Shown piece by piece: positions 38,173-48,441 of a stretch of 64,000 bases of DNA. The notes under the pieces are model-generated. The model made no database searches. It saw only the letters and a list, made by a program, of their open reading frames with translations, and was not told where the DNA came from. The DNA lies in contig CAXXFL010000007.1 of the NCBI GenBank assembly GCA_963674965.2, positions 864,001-928,000 on the forward strand, in the 5' to 3' direction. A program made the position numbers and the translations under genes. The stretch comes from a bacterium. GTDB taxonomy: Bacteria > RBG-13-61-14 > DATKZS01. Positions within the stretch are counted from its first letter, which is position 1, and the number at the start of each line of letters is the position of its first letter.

Positions 38173-40436
38173 TTAGTGGGCCACGATCGTAACCAACTTA
38201 GTTTTAACCACTCCGGGGCAATAGCGGCCCAGTCCATCGTTTCCGCAGGGAGGTATCTCGGCGTTTAGGAATATGGTCCCCGGTGAGTCGGCCCTTAGCG
38301 TGATAGTCGATCGTCCACCTTCAACGATAGCGCCGGAGACGTCATATCGCCCGGGACCCGAGGGCCCCTCGCCGCCCAAAAGGGTCGCGGTCCCGGTTGA
38401 GTCCTCCGCGTCTATGGTGAAAACAACGCCGATGCTGGAAGTATAATTAGGATAGTTATTCGCCACTCCCACGCTCACGCCGCGCGTATAGCCCACCTCG
38501 ACTTCGATCATCGTCGAACCCGATACTTCGAGGTCGGCGGGTATACTCGGGTTACCCGTGGTATTGATCATGCCCACCATGCTTTTAAGGATTGACAGGT
38601 CAAGAGGCGATACAATCTCGTCCATATCCAGTTCCTGAGAGTCTCCATTATAGGGGATAACTCCCGTGTAAGTGGCCGGCTTTAAATTGATCCTGTTTAA
38701 TAGCGGAATAATGTCCAGCGGGGAGATAAGGCCGTCGGCGGACACGGTGTTTCCCGAGTCACCCCAGCCGTGGCAACCGACGCCTCCCGTTATGCTGGGC
38801 GCCCACGGGTCCGTTCCATTCCAGTATTCATGGACGTTGGGGTTGGAATCCCCGTCAAAGTCGTCGGCGCCGTCCAATGAGTCGGCCGGATCGAGGGGGC
38901 TAATGGGCCTGGAGTAGTTGTTCGCCTCGAAGCCGTCGGGCAGGGCGTCGCCGTCGGAGTCCCAGTAAAGCGGATCCAGACTTTCGCCTGGCCAGTTAAC
39001 CTCGGTGAAGTCGTCGGCCCCGTCGGCGTCGGTGTCGGGGTCGCAGGGAGACGTTTTATAGCCGTATTCCTCGAGGGAGCTAAGTCCGTCGCCGTCGTAA
39101 TCCTCCGCCCCGTCAATGGTATTGGACTTCAGGCATTCATGCTCTTCCTCCCAACCATCCTCCATGCCGTCGCCGTCGGTATCGGGATCGCATGGGTCCG
39201 TACCAGCGTAGTATTCATTCAGGTTGGAAAGTCCGTCGCCGTCGTCGTCCTCGAGGGATATGACCTGGAGTCCCGAGCCGGCGTCGGCCACGTAGGCGTA
39301 CCCGTCGGATACGTGCACGTTAAAGGCGTAGCCCGGGGTGTCGTAGCTCCCGGCGAGAAAGGGGGCCGCCGGGTCGGAAACGTCGACGATCTGGAGGCCC
39401 GCGTCGCCGCTGGCCACGAAGGCGTATCCGTTGGCCACGAAGACGCCGTAGGCGTAATCGGGAGTACCGAGGCTTCCAGAAAGGACGGGAGCGGCAGGAT
39501 TGGATACGTCCACTACCCTCAGGCCCAAACGACCGTCGGCCACGTGGGCGTAATCGTTAATAACATAAAGGCCATAGGCGTTGCCTGGAGTATCATAGAC
39601 TCCGGTTAGAGTGGGGGAATCCGGATGGGAGACGTTTACAATCCGCAGGCCGGCGCTATCTTCGGCCACGTAAGCTAGTTCGCCTGAAACGTAAACGTCA
39701 TAAGAGAAACCCGAATCGTTATAGCTTCCCGCCAGAAAGGGAGACGCCGGGTCGTGAACGTCCACGACAAGGAGTCCGGACCCTCCGCCCGCCACGTAAG
39801 CGTAGCCATCCACGACGTACACTCCCGAGGTATAGCCCGCCACGTTACAGGCCCCCTCGAGGACCGGCGTCGTGGGGTGGTAAACGTCGAATGTCAGGAG
39901 GTTCGATTCCTGCCCCGATTTTGCCGGGGTTATATCGGCCACGTAGGCGATATTATTCGAGACGTAAACGCCAAGGGAAACGCCCGGAGTATCGTAATTC
40001 GCGGCGTGAGTGGGGTCCCATGGGTCGGAAACGTCAATGATCTCGAATCCCATATAGTCGTTGGCCACGAAAGCGTAACCATTCGAAACGTAAACGTCTC
40101 GGGCGTATCCCGGTGCGTCATAGCTTCCCGCGTGCACTATCGACAGCGGGGAAGTAGGGTCCATGCAGGAGTTGGACGCTTCCCAGCGTCGGGCATGCCG
40201 TCGCCGTCGGTGTCGGAGACGCACGGATCGGTTTGAGCGACGTATTCAGCCATGTTGCTCAGGCCGTCATCGTCGTAATCCTCAGCGTCGTCCACCGTGT
40301 TGGCCTGCATGCAGCTATACGAGTTTTCCCAATCGTCGGGAAGCCCATCTCCGTCCATGTCCGCCCGCGTGACCAGGGGAATGATACAAATTAGCGCCAA
40401 AAAAAAGATCGATTTCAATATATTTCTTCTTGTCAT
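38173..40436 (-). pseudogene. Secreted LVIVD-repeat / Ca-binding DxDxDG-repeat protein with dockerin-like tail; single-base frameshift near 40187
   Basis: The signal-peptide frame reads ...GDGMPD then GC-TGG; adding one G restores DGWE and joins the long ORF. LVIVD-type repeats (GLQIVDVSDP). Confidence 0.75.
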
Positions 40437-40765
40437 GAATGACTCCAGTTTGGAGATATGCCCCTCCTGACTCTGCCCATAGTCCAACGGTTGGTTCACT
40501 CAATTGAAACCCTTTTAAATACGGCGATATGTAAATAAGTTTACACCGCGCCAAATATCCTGAAGTATGTACATTATGCCGAAATATTTCCATAAGCGCA
40601 AGGCCAAAGGCAAGCTTCTCCCTAAACGATGATTAATCTTCCCATGACTCTCTCGTTCACCACGCTCACGAAACATTCATTGATGCAAGCCGCAGGCTGA
40701 GTACCTCCCGCCATCAGGCCCCTCCACGCCGTTCGGAAACCACAATAAATCTTCAGGCGCCATCG

Positions 40766-41218
40766 TTACCGAGGCCTTTTTTCCGCTCCCTTCTCCTTCA
40801 CCCACGTAAGCCTTCCCTTGATCTCGTGTTCACCGGCCTGGATGGGCGGGGTCCGCAGGGTGAGGCGGCCGTCCTGGAAGGAAAAGTACCTGACCTGCTC
40901 GCCGCCGACCCAGTTGGGGTTTAAGGACCCCTCGACCCGCGTGATCAGTCTGCCGCTCTCGGGCTCGAGGCGGGTGCGGCCGAAGTAGGCCATGTAGCCG
41001 CTATAGGCCTTGCGCATGACCTCGGCGTCCGACGAGTCGCCGGTGAAGGCCGGGCGGCCGCGCCGCATTATCTGGGCGGACATGAAGCCGTGCTCGTCCA
41101 CGATGAACTTGCCCTCCGGGTCCTCGCCCCACGGATGAAAAACCATTCCGTCCGACCTGGTGAACTCGTAATCCACCAGCCTCCAGCAGCCCTTGAAATC
41201 GAAATCAGTCTCGCTCAT
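40766..41218 (-). CDS. Lipocalin-like domain protein
   Basis: GCWRLV, GFMSAQIM, YMAYFG and SLNPNWVGGEQVR motifs. Confidence 0.8.
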   Translation of the reverse strand: MSETDFDFKGCWRLVDYEFTRSDGMVFHPWGEDPEGKFIVDEHGFMSAQIMRRGRPAFTGDSSDAEVMRKAYSGYMAYFGRTRLEPESGRLITRVEGSLNPNWVGGEQVRYFSFQDGRLTLRTPPIQAGEHEIKGRLTWVKEKGAEKRPR

Positions 41219-41238
41219 TCATCTTCCCCCCTGGCCGG

Positions 41239-43488
41239 CTAGCGGACCGCCTTGTCCAGAAAGCTTTCCATCACGTTGTCGTGCCTTCCCTGGCTCGCGC
41301 CGGGAGGGACGTACAGCCCGTCTTGCGAGCCGTCCGCCACCCGCCAGGGGTCCTTTTTCGCCTCGGCGCGACAGGCGGCTATCTTGCGCGCAAGCTCGGC
41401 CCTCGCCGCCTCGTCCGCCTCGGCCATGTAATCGAGGGCCAGGCCCCCGGCGGCCCCGTAAAGGGCCAGCTTATTCGCCGGGCCCTCGAGCTCCCGCGCC
41501 AGCTCGAAGTCGGGAAGCGACCCGTAGAGCCGGCCCGGCAACGCCGAGTAGGACGCGAACAGGCCCCGCAGTATCTTCTCCGCCCCGGCCCGCTCCTCGC
41601 CGGTCCCCGCCTTCCAAAAGGCGTCAAGGGCGCGGGCAAGCTCGATATGTCCCACGTCCTGTCCGGGGAACAGGGGATGGTAGGCCTGGGCCCGGGCGAG
41701 GGGGGCGAGGACGTCACGGCCCTCCCCTCCCACCAGGTTGACCGCCTCCTCGAAGGCCCGGCCCGGATCGTACCCCGCCGGGTCCCGCATATATTGGCCC
41801 GCCGTGTACAGGGTGATCTTGCTCGAGTTGGGAAGATACATGGGGTTGAGGAATATGCCCTGGACCGCCTGGGGCAAGTCCCGGGACCTTCCCTCGTAGG
41901 GCGCCATGATGAGGTTGTATCGGAGGGTCACGTCGTTAACCGGGTTGTTGTCCCAGATAATGACCTTCCTGTTCCACGCGCCCATCAGGCCCCGCGCCGA
42001 GTCGGCCGTAATCGAGTCCGAGAAAATCTTGCCCGGCCCGGTCCACATGATTCCCACCTCGGGATGGATGGCCGAGAGCCCGGTAAGGTACGCGGCGTAG
42101 TTGGCCCTTTTCCTGGTCCAGTACTCGAGACTCCTCGAGTAGATGGTGGGCACGAAGAACATCTCGGCCCCCGGCGACCTTTCCGTCAGCCAGGCGTATA
42201 CGGTATTTGCCAGCTCGGCCTGACGCCGGGCCGTGACCGCGCCCGCCGACCGGTAATCGGGAATGTCGTCCAGGCAAAGGGTGAAGCTGGTGACGCCCAT
42301 CTCGAGCATGGCGCCCAGCTTCTCCTTTAGCTTCTCGAGGTCGCCCGGATCGGAGTAGTTGTAGTCCAGGCCCGGGCTCACGCCGAAGTTGAGCCGAAGT
42401 CCGCCGGCCCGGCACGCGTCGGCCAGCTCGCGAAAGTTTTCCATTTCCTCGGGAGGATAGGGCTTCCTCCACCATTGCCGATGGAAGGGGTCGCTCTTGG
42501 GCGCGTAAATATAGCGGTTATAGCCCGCGCCGGCCAGGAAGCGGACCATCTTGATCCTCTCCCGGTGGGGCCAGGGGTCGTTGTAAAAACCCTCGACCAC
42601 GCCTCGGATGGGAAAGGCGTAAGATGGAGAGCCCGGCGCGGCGGCCGAGGCCTCGGAGGAGGGCGCGGACATGCCCCCGTCGAACCCCCGGGCGCGGACC
42701 TTGTAATAACGGGCCCCGTTACCGGGACGGCGGTCAACCCAAGACCTTGCGTCCGTCTCGGCGATCAGGCTTTGCCGGCCCGGTTTGAAGCCGGGGGTCT
42801 CCGAGCCGTAAACCAGGTAATCGTACGTCCCGGCGCCTCCAGCGCTCCATTCGACCTTGATCCCGCCGGCGCCCGAGGAGGCCGAGACCTTCCCGACCGG
42901 CCCGGGCGAGGGGGCGGGCGTTCCCCAAACGTCCAGGCCCACCACCGCGAAGCCCTTGCCCGTGCCGCTCTTCTCGCACCAGAGCCGCAAGTATCGGCAG
43001 TTCACCTCGCCGGGAAACCGAAGCTCGGACAGGCCCCGCTTCTCGATGTTCCCCCTTGCGATCGTGGTCCAAATCTCGCCGTCATTCGAGGACTCGAGAT
43101 GGAAGGACGACGCGAAATCGCGCCCCCACAGGATGCCGACGCGGGACAGCCTGGCCGATCGGGCAAGGCGGTTGGCAAAGTCGTACTGGAGATACTCGTC
43201 TTGATTGCCGTCGGTGGCCCATTGAGTAATGGGGCTTTGATCGGCCGCGTAGATGGGTTTGAGATTGGGCCAGGAGTTCGGGTCGTCAAGGTTGACCTGG
43301 GGAAACTCGGAGGCGCGGGGAATTTCCGAAAGGCGGGCCCTTCTAAAGGATGAGGCCGTGACCTTGGCCGAGGCGGCCCGGTTCATGGCCTCGATCTCGG
43401 CCTGGGAAGAAGCCCGCTCGGGCGCTATAAGGGCGGCATAAAAAAGGATCGCCGCGAAAGCGACGCAATGTAACGTTCTTCGTTTCAA
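41239..43488 (-). CDS. Secreted GH84 beta-N-acetylglucosaminidase with F5/8 (discoidin) and FN3-like domains
   Basis: RGVVEGFYNDPW, YIYAPKSDPFHR, catalytic LDDI, WTG and WDNNPVND motifs; signal peptide. Confidence 0.88.
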   Translation of the reverse strand: MKRRTLHCVAFAAILFYAALIAPERASSQAEIEAMNRAASAKVTASSFRRARLSEIPRASEFPQVNLDDPNSWPNLKPIYAADQSPITQWATDGNQDEYLQYDFANRLARSARLSRVGILWGRDFASSFHLESSNDGEIWTTIARGNIEKRGLSELRFPGEVNCRYLRLWCEKSGTGKGFAVVGLDVWGTPAPSPGPVGKVSASSGAGGIKVEWSAGGAGTYDYLVYGSETPGFKPGRQSLIAETDARSWVDRRPGNGARYYKVRARGFDGGMSAPSSEASAAAPGSPSYAFPIRGVVEGFYNDPWPHRERIKMVRFLAGAGYNRYIYAPKSDPFHRQWWRKPYPPEEMENFRELADACRAGGLRLNFGVSPGLDYNYSDPGDLEKLKEKLGAMLEMGVTSFTLCLDDIPDYRSAGAVTARRQAELANTVYAWLTERSPGAEMFFVPTIYSRSLEYWTRKRANYAAYLTGLSAIHPEVGIMWTGPGKIFSDSITADSARGLMGAWNRKVIIWDNNPVNDVTLRYNLIMAPYEGRSRDLPQAVQGIFLNPMYLPNSSKITLYTAGQYMRDPAGYDPGRAFEEAVNLVGGEGRDVLAPLARAQAYHPLFPGQDVGHIELARALDAFWKAGTGEERAGAEKILRGLFASYSALPGRLYGSLPDFELARELEGPANKLALYGAAGGLALDYMAEADEAARAELARKIAACRAEAKKDPWRVADGSQDGLYVPPGASQGRHDNVMESFLDKAVR

Positions 43489-43560
43489 TACAGTCCTCCA
43501 CGGGGCCGCGCTGACGGGCCTCGATATTGGGTCCCCCTTATCGGCTTTTGGGCTTGGGGG

Positions 43561-44481
43561 TCAGTTCTTTTCCTTGTCCGGGAGGAGGGCCTTGATTTTT
43601 TCCATGGCCTCTCCCGTCAATTCGTAGGTCCGGTTAAAGGGATTGGTCTCGCCCTCGGGACCGGCGACGGCGTTCCCGTCCTCGATCATCTTATCCAGGT
43701 GGGCCCAGGCGGTGGCCGCGGCCGCCATCTCGAGGGACGGGTGTATCAATCCCAAATACATGGCCTTGACCAGGTCCTTTAAGTTTTTAGGGCCGTCCAT
43801 CAGGCAGGCGGCGACGTTAACCTCTCGAAGCTCCCGATGTCCGATCAGCTCGAGGACGCGATCGAGGGGATCGGTCCTGACGCTCCCGTGTCCGGGCATT
43901 AACGCCGAGGCGGCCAGGTCCCGGACCCGCTTTAGCGAGCGCATGTAGTCGGCCATGTTGCCCTCGGGCGGGGCTACCAGGGTCGAGCCCGAGCCGGTGA
44001 CCAGGTCTCCGGTGAAGAGCGTCCCGTCATTCTCGTCGAAAAGGCAAACGTGGCCGGGAGTGTGGCCGGGCGTATGGATCGCCTTCAGGGTCCGCGTTCC
44101 CGCCCGGATCAGGTCTCCATCCAGGACCGCCTCGTCCGCCTTCACGCCGGGAAAACGGCGGGAGATGGAGGCCGCGTCCAACTCGTGAGCCATGACGGGG
44201 CAGCCTTTCATCTCCCGGAGCTTCCAGGCGCTTCCCGCGTGGTCGATATGGCCGTGAGTAAGCACGATCCTCTCGAGGTCCGCGTCTCCCAGGGCCTCGA
44301 GGATCAGGTCCAGGCTGGAGGGCCTGTCGTAGCCCGAGTCGATCAAGGTCACCGGGCCGGTCCCGACGGCGTAGATATTGGGCGTCTCCCACCCGGTGTC
44401 GGGCTCCTGGCGGGGCGTGATCTTCCTGACGCCGGGGGCCACCTCCGTGACCGAGCCGCCGCCGTTTTTCATATCCGTCAT
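43561..44481 (-). CDS. MBL-fold metallo-hydrolase (LACTB2-like)
   Basis: THGHIDHAG, TPGHTPGH, FTGD and PGHG motifs. Confidence 0.9.
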   Translation of the reverse strand: MTDMKNGGGSVTEVAPGVRKITPRQEPDTGWETPNIYAVGTGPVTLIDSGYDRPSSLDLILEALGDADLERIVLTHGHIDHAGSAWKLREMKGCPVMAHELDAASISRRFPGVKADEAVLDGDLIRAGTRTLKAIHTPGHTPGHVCLFDENDGTLFTGDLVTGSGSTLVAPPEGNMADYMRSLKRVRDLAASALMPGHGSVRTDPLDRVLELIGHRELREVNVAACLMDGPKNLKDLVKAMYLGLIHPSLEMAAAATAWAHLDKMIEDGNAVAGPEGETNPFNRTYELTGEAMEKIKALLPDKEKN

Positions 44482-44495
44482 TACCGGACCATCCT

Positions 44496-45050
44496 TTAAA
44501 AGCTCCGGGGCTTGCAAAGTACCTCGCGGACCTTGATATCGAAAAACTTGTTCGAGGAGTTGGCCTTGATAATGGCCGCCGTGTCCCATCCCTTGCCCGT
44601 GCCCGCCACCGCTATCACGTCCGCGAAGGGAACCAGCCCGCTATCGGCGGCCATGGCCACTATCTCGGGGCAGACCTTCATGCCCTGGCCGAACATCCGG
44701 AGGGTGGCGTTTATTATCTCCGTGTGCGAGAAGCCGCCCAGCTTGCTCGAGATGGCCTTGTTGATATTGCGGGTGACCATGGTACCCGTGAGCACCGCGT
44801 GGCCGGCCGAGATTATTTTCTCCCTGACGGCCGGATCGAACTCGTTTTTATCCTCCTCCGAGAAGCCGAAGTTGTGAGTGACGGCCACTATCTTAAGGCC
44901 CGAGTCCGCCCCTTCCTCCATCAGACCGAGAACGCTCTTGCCCGTGGTCGAGGCCGCGACCACGTGGCTTATGTTCCTTTCCCTGGCCTCCTTCACCACT
45001 ATCCGGATGACCGCCGGGGTGTTCTCGGGTCCGGGTTTGTCAAAATACAT
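44496..45050 (-). CDS. Pyruvate kinase C-terminal-like (MTH1675-type) protein
   Basis: YFDKPGPENT, ASTTG, FGQGMKVCPEIVAMAADSG and GTGKGWDTA motifs. Confidence 0.8.
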   Translation of the reverse strand: MYFDKPGPENTPAVIRIVVKEARERNISHVVAASTTGKSVLGLMEEGADSGLKIVAVTHNFGFSEEDKNEFDPAVREKIISAGHAVLTGTMVTRNINKAISSKLGGFSHTEIINATLRMFGQGMKVCPEIVAMAADSGLVPFADVIAVAGTGKGWDTAAIIKANSSNKFFDIKVREVLCKPRSF

Positions 45051-45120
45051 GATGGTTCCTCCCGTTTTCGCTGGTGGGCTGGTTTAACGCGGGGCGGGTG
45101 AAACTTGCTTCAATAACCAT

Positions 45121-45157
45121 CCCGCGCCTGACGGCGCCCGGATAGCGAGCTATCCGG
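45121..45157. repeat. Dispersed palindromic repeat homologous to 28953-28989
   Basis: cccgcgcctgacggcgcccggatagcgagctatccgg versus cccgcgccttcggcgcccagatagcggagctatccgg. Confidence 0.7.
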
Positions 45158-45255
45158 TTTACCCTTTGATTATGCCATCTTCTCATTTAGACGGGCTAAT
45201 GTAACATGGCCTTCCCCGTCAGGCCAGAGAATACAACGGGCCTTGCAAGACGCCG

Positions 45256-47457
45256 TCAATTTCCCGCGCCCCAGCTCTCGTTGGGCTTGGGCCCCATTTC
45301 AAAGACCAACTCTCCGCCGCTTATGATCTGGCCGTGACGGAGGAAGGGCGAGTTAAGGGGCTCTCCGTTCAGGGTCGCCGACTGGACGTAGATATTTTTC
45401 CTCGATTGGTTATGGGCGATCACGGTAAAGGTCGCCTCCTTGTATGGGGGTCCTATTTTTATTTTTGCCTTTTCCCAGCGCGGGCTTCCAATGGCGTAAA
45501 GGTCCGTGCCCGGCGTGACCGGATAAAAACCTATCGAGCCGAAGATATACCAGGCCGACGTCTGGCCGCAGTCATCGTTGCCGATGAGGCCGAAGGGCCG
45601 GTTCCAGTAGTAAGTATCCAGGACGTGGGCCACCTCGCGCTGGGTCTTCCAGGGCTTGCCCACGTAGTCGTACAAATATGGATAATGGTGCGACGGCTCG
45701 TTGGCGTGATTGTACCTGGCCAGTCGAAGATAGGGCAGGAATATCTTGTCCAGGTTTTTCTCGACCGCCTCGGGTCCGCCCATAAGCTCGATCATGCCGG
45801 GTATGTCCTGCATGGCCAGGAACATGTAATGCCACTTGAGCCCCTCCGTGAAACCGCCGCTGGACCAGGACCCGTCCGCCTTCCTTCCTCTCATGAACCC
45901 TTTATAATAGAGGTTCTTGTAATTGCGGCTATGCTCCATTAATAGCTCGTAATCGTCCATACGGCCGGCGGCCTTGGCGAGCTGGGCCACGCAGAAGTCG
46001 TCGTAGGCGAACTCGAGGGTCCGCGAGACGGCCTCGGCGGTCTTGTCGGTGGGCACGTAGCCGAGATCGAGATACCAGCTCAGGCCGCCGCGAGACTCGA
46101 CCGAGGTCCAGGGGGCCCGGTCCGCCCACCTCTTTTCCCGGTCGCCCTCCGGCGGGTCGAGCGCGTTATGCCGGGTGGCCTCGTAGGCCAACTCGAGGTC
46201 GAAGTCCCTGACGCCCTTGACCCAGGCGTCGGCGATCATCGAGTCCGAGTGGGACCCGATCATGATCCCGGTGTAGGTCGGGTTGGGCCACTTGGGCAGC
46301 CATCCTCCCTCCTGGTACGTCTGGAGAAGCGACGTGACCATGTCCGACACGCGCTCGGTGGCCGTGAGTATTAAAAGCGGGTGCTCGGCCCGGAAGGTGT
46401 CCCACAAGGAGTAGTCGTTGTAGGCCACGCCCTGGTGTATTTGATCGTCGAAGGCCGAGTAATACTGGCCGTACTCGGAGAACGTCCGGGGATAAAGATG
46501 CGCGTGGTACATGCCGGTATAGAAAATGGTCAGCATGTCCTCGTCCGGCCCCTCCACCATGATACGCGAGAGCTGCTCGTTCCACGCCTCGCGTCCCCGT
46601 TCTTTTATCGCCTCGAGGTCCCAGTGGGGAATCTCGGCGCGCAGGTTGGCCTCGGCCTTCTCGAGGCTGATGAGTGACGTGCCGATCCGGACCCGTACTT
46701 TTTGCGTCCCGTCGGCGAAAACCGCGTAGGCGCCAACGGCGTCTCCTTGCTCCTCGGCCGAGCCCTCGGAGAGGTCATTGCCCGCGTAAGTCCCATACCC
46801 CGTAATGGGTCGGTCGAACTCGATAACGAAGTACCCCTTGAAATTGGGAAGGGGCGGACCCAGATGGGCCGAGTCCCTGTCCGAGTTCCATCCCGAGATT
46901 CGGCCCTTGTCCACGTCCACCTCGACCCGGCCCGGGAAGCCCTTGTCGCGGCCGGCGTCCACCACTATATGAGGGGAGTCCGTATCGGAGAACTCGAAAC
47001 TCATGATCGAGCTTCTCTCGTGGGCGGCCATCTCGACCCTGAAGCCGCCGAACCGGAGGGCGTAGTAATAGGGCGTGGTCACCTCCTCCTTGTGGGAATA
47101 AGGCGCTCCCCGCCGGGAGAAGCGGTGCTCGACCGCGCCGGAGCCGGGCATGATCGAGACCTCGCCGTAGTCGCCCATCCACACCGCGGGCTGGCGCGTG
47201 CCGAGAAAGCCGATGATCCGGTGATCGCGATACCGGTAAGGACACTTTCCGATCTTGTGAAGCTGGGTCATGGGCGTCCACTGGATCATGCCGAAGGGAC
47301 GCGTCACGCCGGGGATCATCCCGCCGTAAAGGCTGATGGTCCTGATTCCGTCCGTGCCTATCATGGGGTTCACGTAATCCACCGGCTCCATGGCCGGGGA
47401 GGCCAGTGCTAAAAAAAAAGCCGCCAGAAAAAGGACGAAAGGCGCCGACCTTTTCAT
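45256..47457 (-). CDS. Secreted GH92 alpha-mannosidase
   Basis: YVNPMIGT, SLWDTFRA, SRTLEFAYDD, HANEPSHH and GNDDCGQTSAWY motifs; signal peptide. Confidence 0.92.
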   Translation of the reverse strand: MKRSAPFVLFLAAFFLALASPAMEPVDYVNPMIGTDGIRTISLYGGMIPGVTRPFGMIQWTPMTQLHKIGKCPYRYRDHRIIGFLGTRQPAVWMGDYGEVSIMPGSGAVEHRFSRRGAPYSHKEEVTTPYYYALRFGGFRVEMAAHERSSIMSFEFSDTDSPHIVVDAGRDKGFPGRVEVDVDKGRISGWNSDRDSAHLGPPLPNFKGYFVIEFDRPITGYGTYAGNDLSEGSAEEQGDAVGAYAVFADGTQKVRVRIGTSLISLEKAEANLRAEIPHWDLEAIKERGREAWNEQLSRIMVEGPDEDMLTIFYTGMYHAHLYPRTFSEYGQYYSAFDDQIHQGVAYNDYSLWDTFRAEHPLLILTATERVSDMVTSLLQTYQEGGWLPKWPNPTYTGIMIGSHSDSMIADAWVKGVRDFDLELAYEATRHNALDPPEGDREKRWADRAPWTSVESRGGLSWYLDLGYVPTDKTAEAVSRTLEFAYDDFCVAQLAKAAGRMDDYELLMEHSRNYKNLYYKGFMRGRKADGSWSSGGFTEGLKWHYMFLAMQDIPGMIELMGGPEAVEKNLDKIFLPYLRLARYNHANEPSHHYPYLYDYVGKPWKTQREVAHVLDTYYWNRPFGLIGNDDCGQTSAWYIFGSIGFYPVTPGTDLYAIGSPRWEKAKIKIGPPYKEATFTVIAHNQSRKNIYVQSATLNGEPLNSPFLRHGQIISGGELVFEMGPKPNESWGAGN

Positions 47458-47782
47458 TTCCAATCCTCCTTAAAATGGCCGCCCGCGAAATACAAGCGGC
47501 CTGATCATGCCTGATATACTAACCGGCGGCTGGCGTCCTCGTCAAAGATCGGCCATGGTGTTTTTACGGACCCATCCGTTTTTGAACGAACGCGTCTCGG
47601 CCAGAGGGTAGGTTTTTTGTAAGTGGAGCCGCGGCGGGGTTGTGAATCCGAAGATATGGTGGATCGAAAGCGTGAACCTTTTCGACTTTTTATCAGCAAG
47701 AACCGTAACGAGAGGTCGAAATTGATCGGCCGCTTGGCCGAGGGCTTTCTCCACGTGAACGGGCGGGGTTAGTTGCCCGCCG

Positions 47783-47971
47783 CTAATTATCGTATTTTGA
47801 TTTTTTCCCTGTGGGCAGGAAACCCGGATACTCTCCCTCTTCGCCGCCCTGGATCACGTACTCCTCAGCCCGCGAGGAGGGCGAGTCTTCAACCTCCCAG
47901 GCGTTGGCAGAGGGAGTGACTATTCGTTTTTTATCCTTTTCGCCGTTGGATTCCAATTCCAGGTAAAGCAT
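47783..47971 (-). CDS. Small acidic hypothetical protein (62 aa)
   Basis: GGAGG RBS a few nt upstream of ATG; lies downstream of a sigma-54-like promoter. Confidence 0.4.
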   Translation of the reverse strand: MLYLELESNGEKDKKRIVTPSANAWEVEDSPSSRAEEYVIQGGEEGEYPGFLPTGKKSKYDN

Positions 47972-48142
47972 TTTCTTCCTCCATTTTCTTATTCAAAGGC
48001 CGGGAGGCGGTTTGGCGAGGGGGCCTTTGATTTGCGCTGAAATATTTCCCCGTTCCTTTATTTCCCAAGAGACGGCGCTTATTTCGTTCTCTTCCCCAAG
48101 AAAACCGCCGTCTCTTCGCGGGCGCTCGATAACCGGTTAAGT

Positions 48143-48158
48143 CCAAATTGCGTGCCAA
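48143..48158 (-). promoter_or_regulatory. Sigma-54-like promoter
   Basis: Minus strand TTGGCACGCAATTTGG: perfect -24 box, -12 box is TTGG rather than TTGC. Confidence 0.55.
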
Positions 48159-48310
48159 CTTTTAAGGCCATAAGCGCTTTACCGAGTTGTAAAACAACCT
48201 CTTATACATATTGTCATACGATTCCGGCGTCTTGAAGCGGCCGATAAAAAAGGCGTCCCCAGATTTTGCCTTTCTCAACCGGTTTTTACCGTTCGCTCCA
48301 ATTCTGAAAA

Positions 48311-48329
48311 ACTGACAAATTTTGTCAGT
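48311..48329. promoter_or_regulatory. Perfect 19-bp palindrome (candidate activator binding site)
   Basis: actgacaaa-t-tttgtcagt, with a related half-site (cgtcagt) about 20 bp downstream. Confidence 0.6.
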
Positions 48330-48441
48330 GGCCCGGCGAAAATCGTCAGTCTTTTAAAGTCTCTTTCAGCGTGATCTGTCCTTGGATAAAAGATTTCATG
48401 CCGCGGGCGACGCCGTGAATCTTCACTATGAGGTTGTGAGC

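Noticed and set aside
37821-38237. 138-aa ORF ending EIKGRLTWVKEKG
   Set aside because: Its only recognisable part comes from the duplicated lipocalin 3' end; the rest looks non-coding.
47411-47419. A9 homopolymer in the GH92 signal-peptide region as a phase-variation tract
   Set aside because: It is explained by Phe/Leu codons, the frame is intact, and there is no evidence of slippage.
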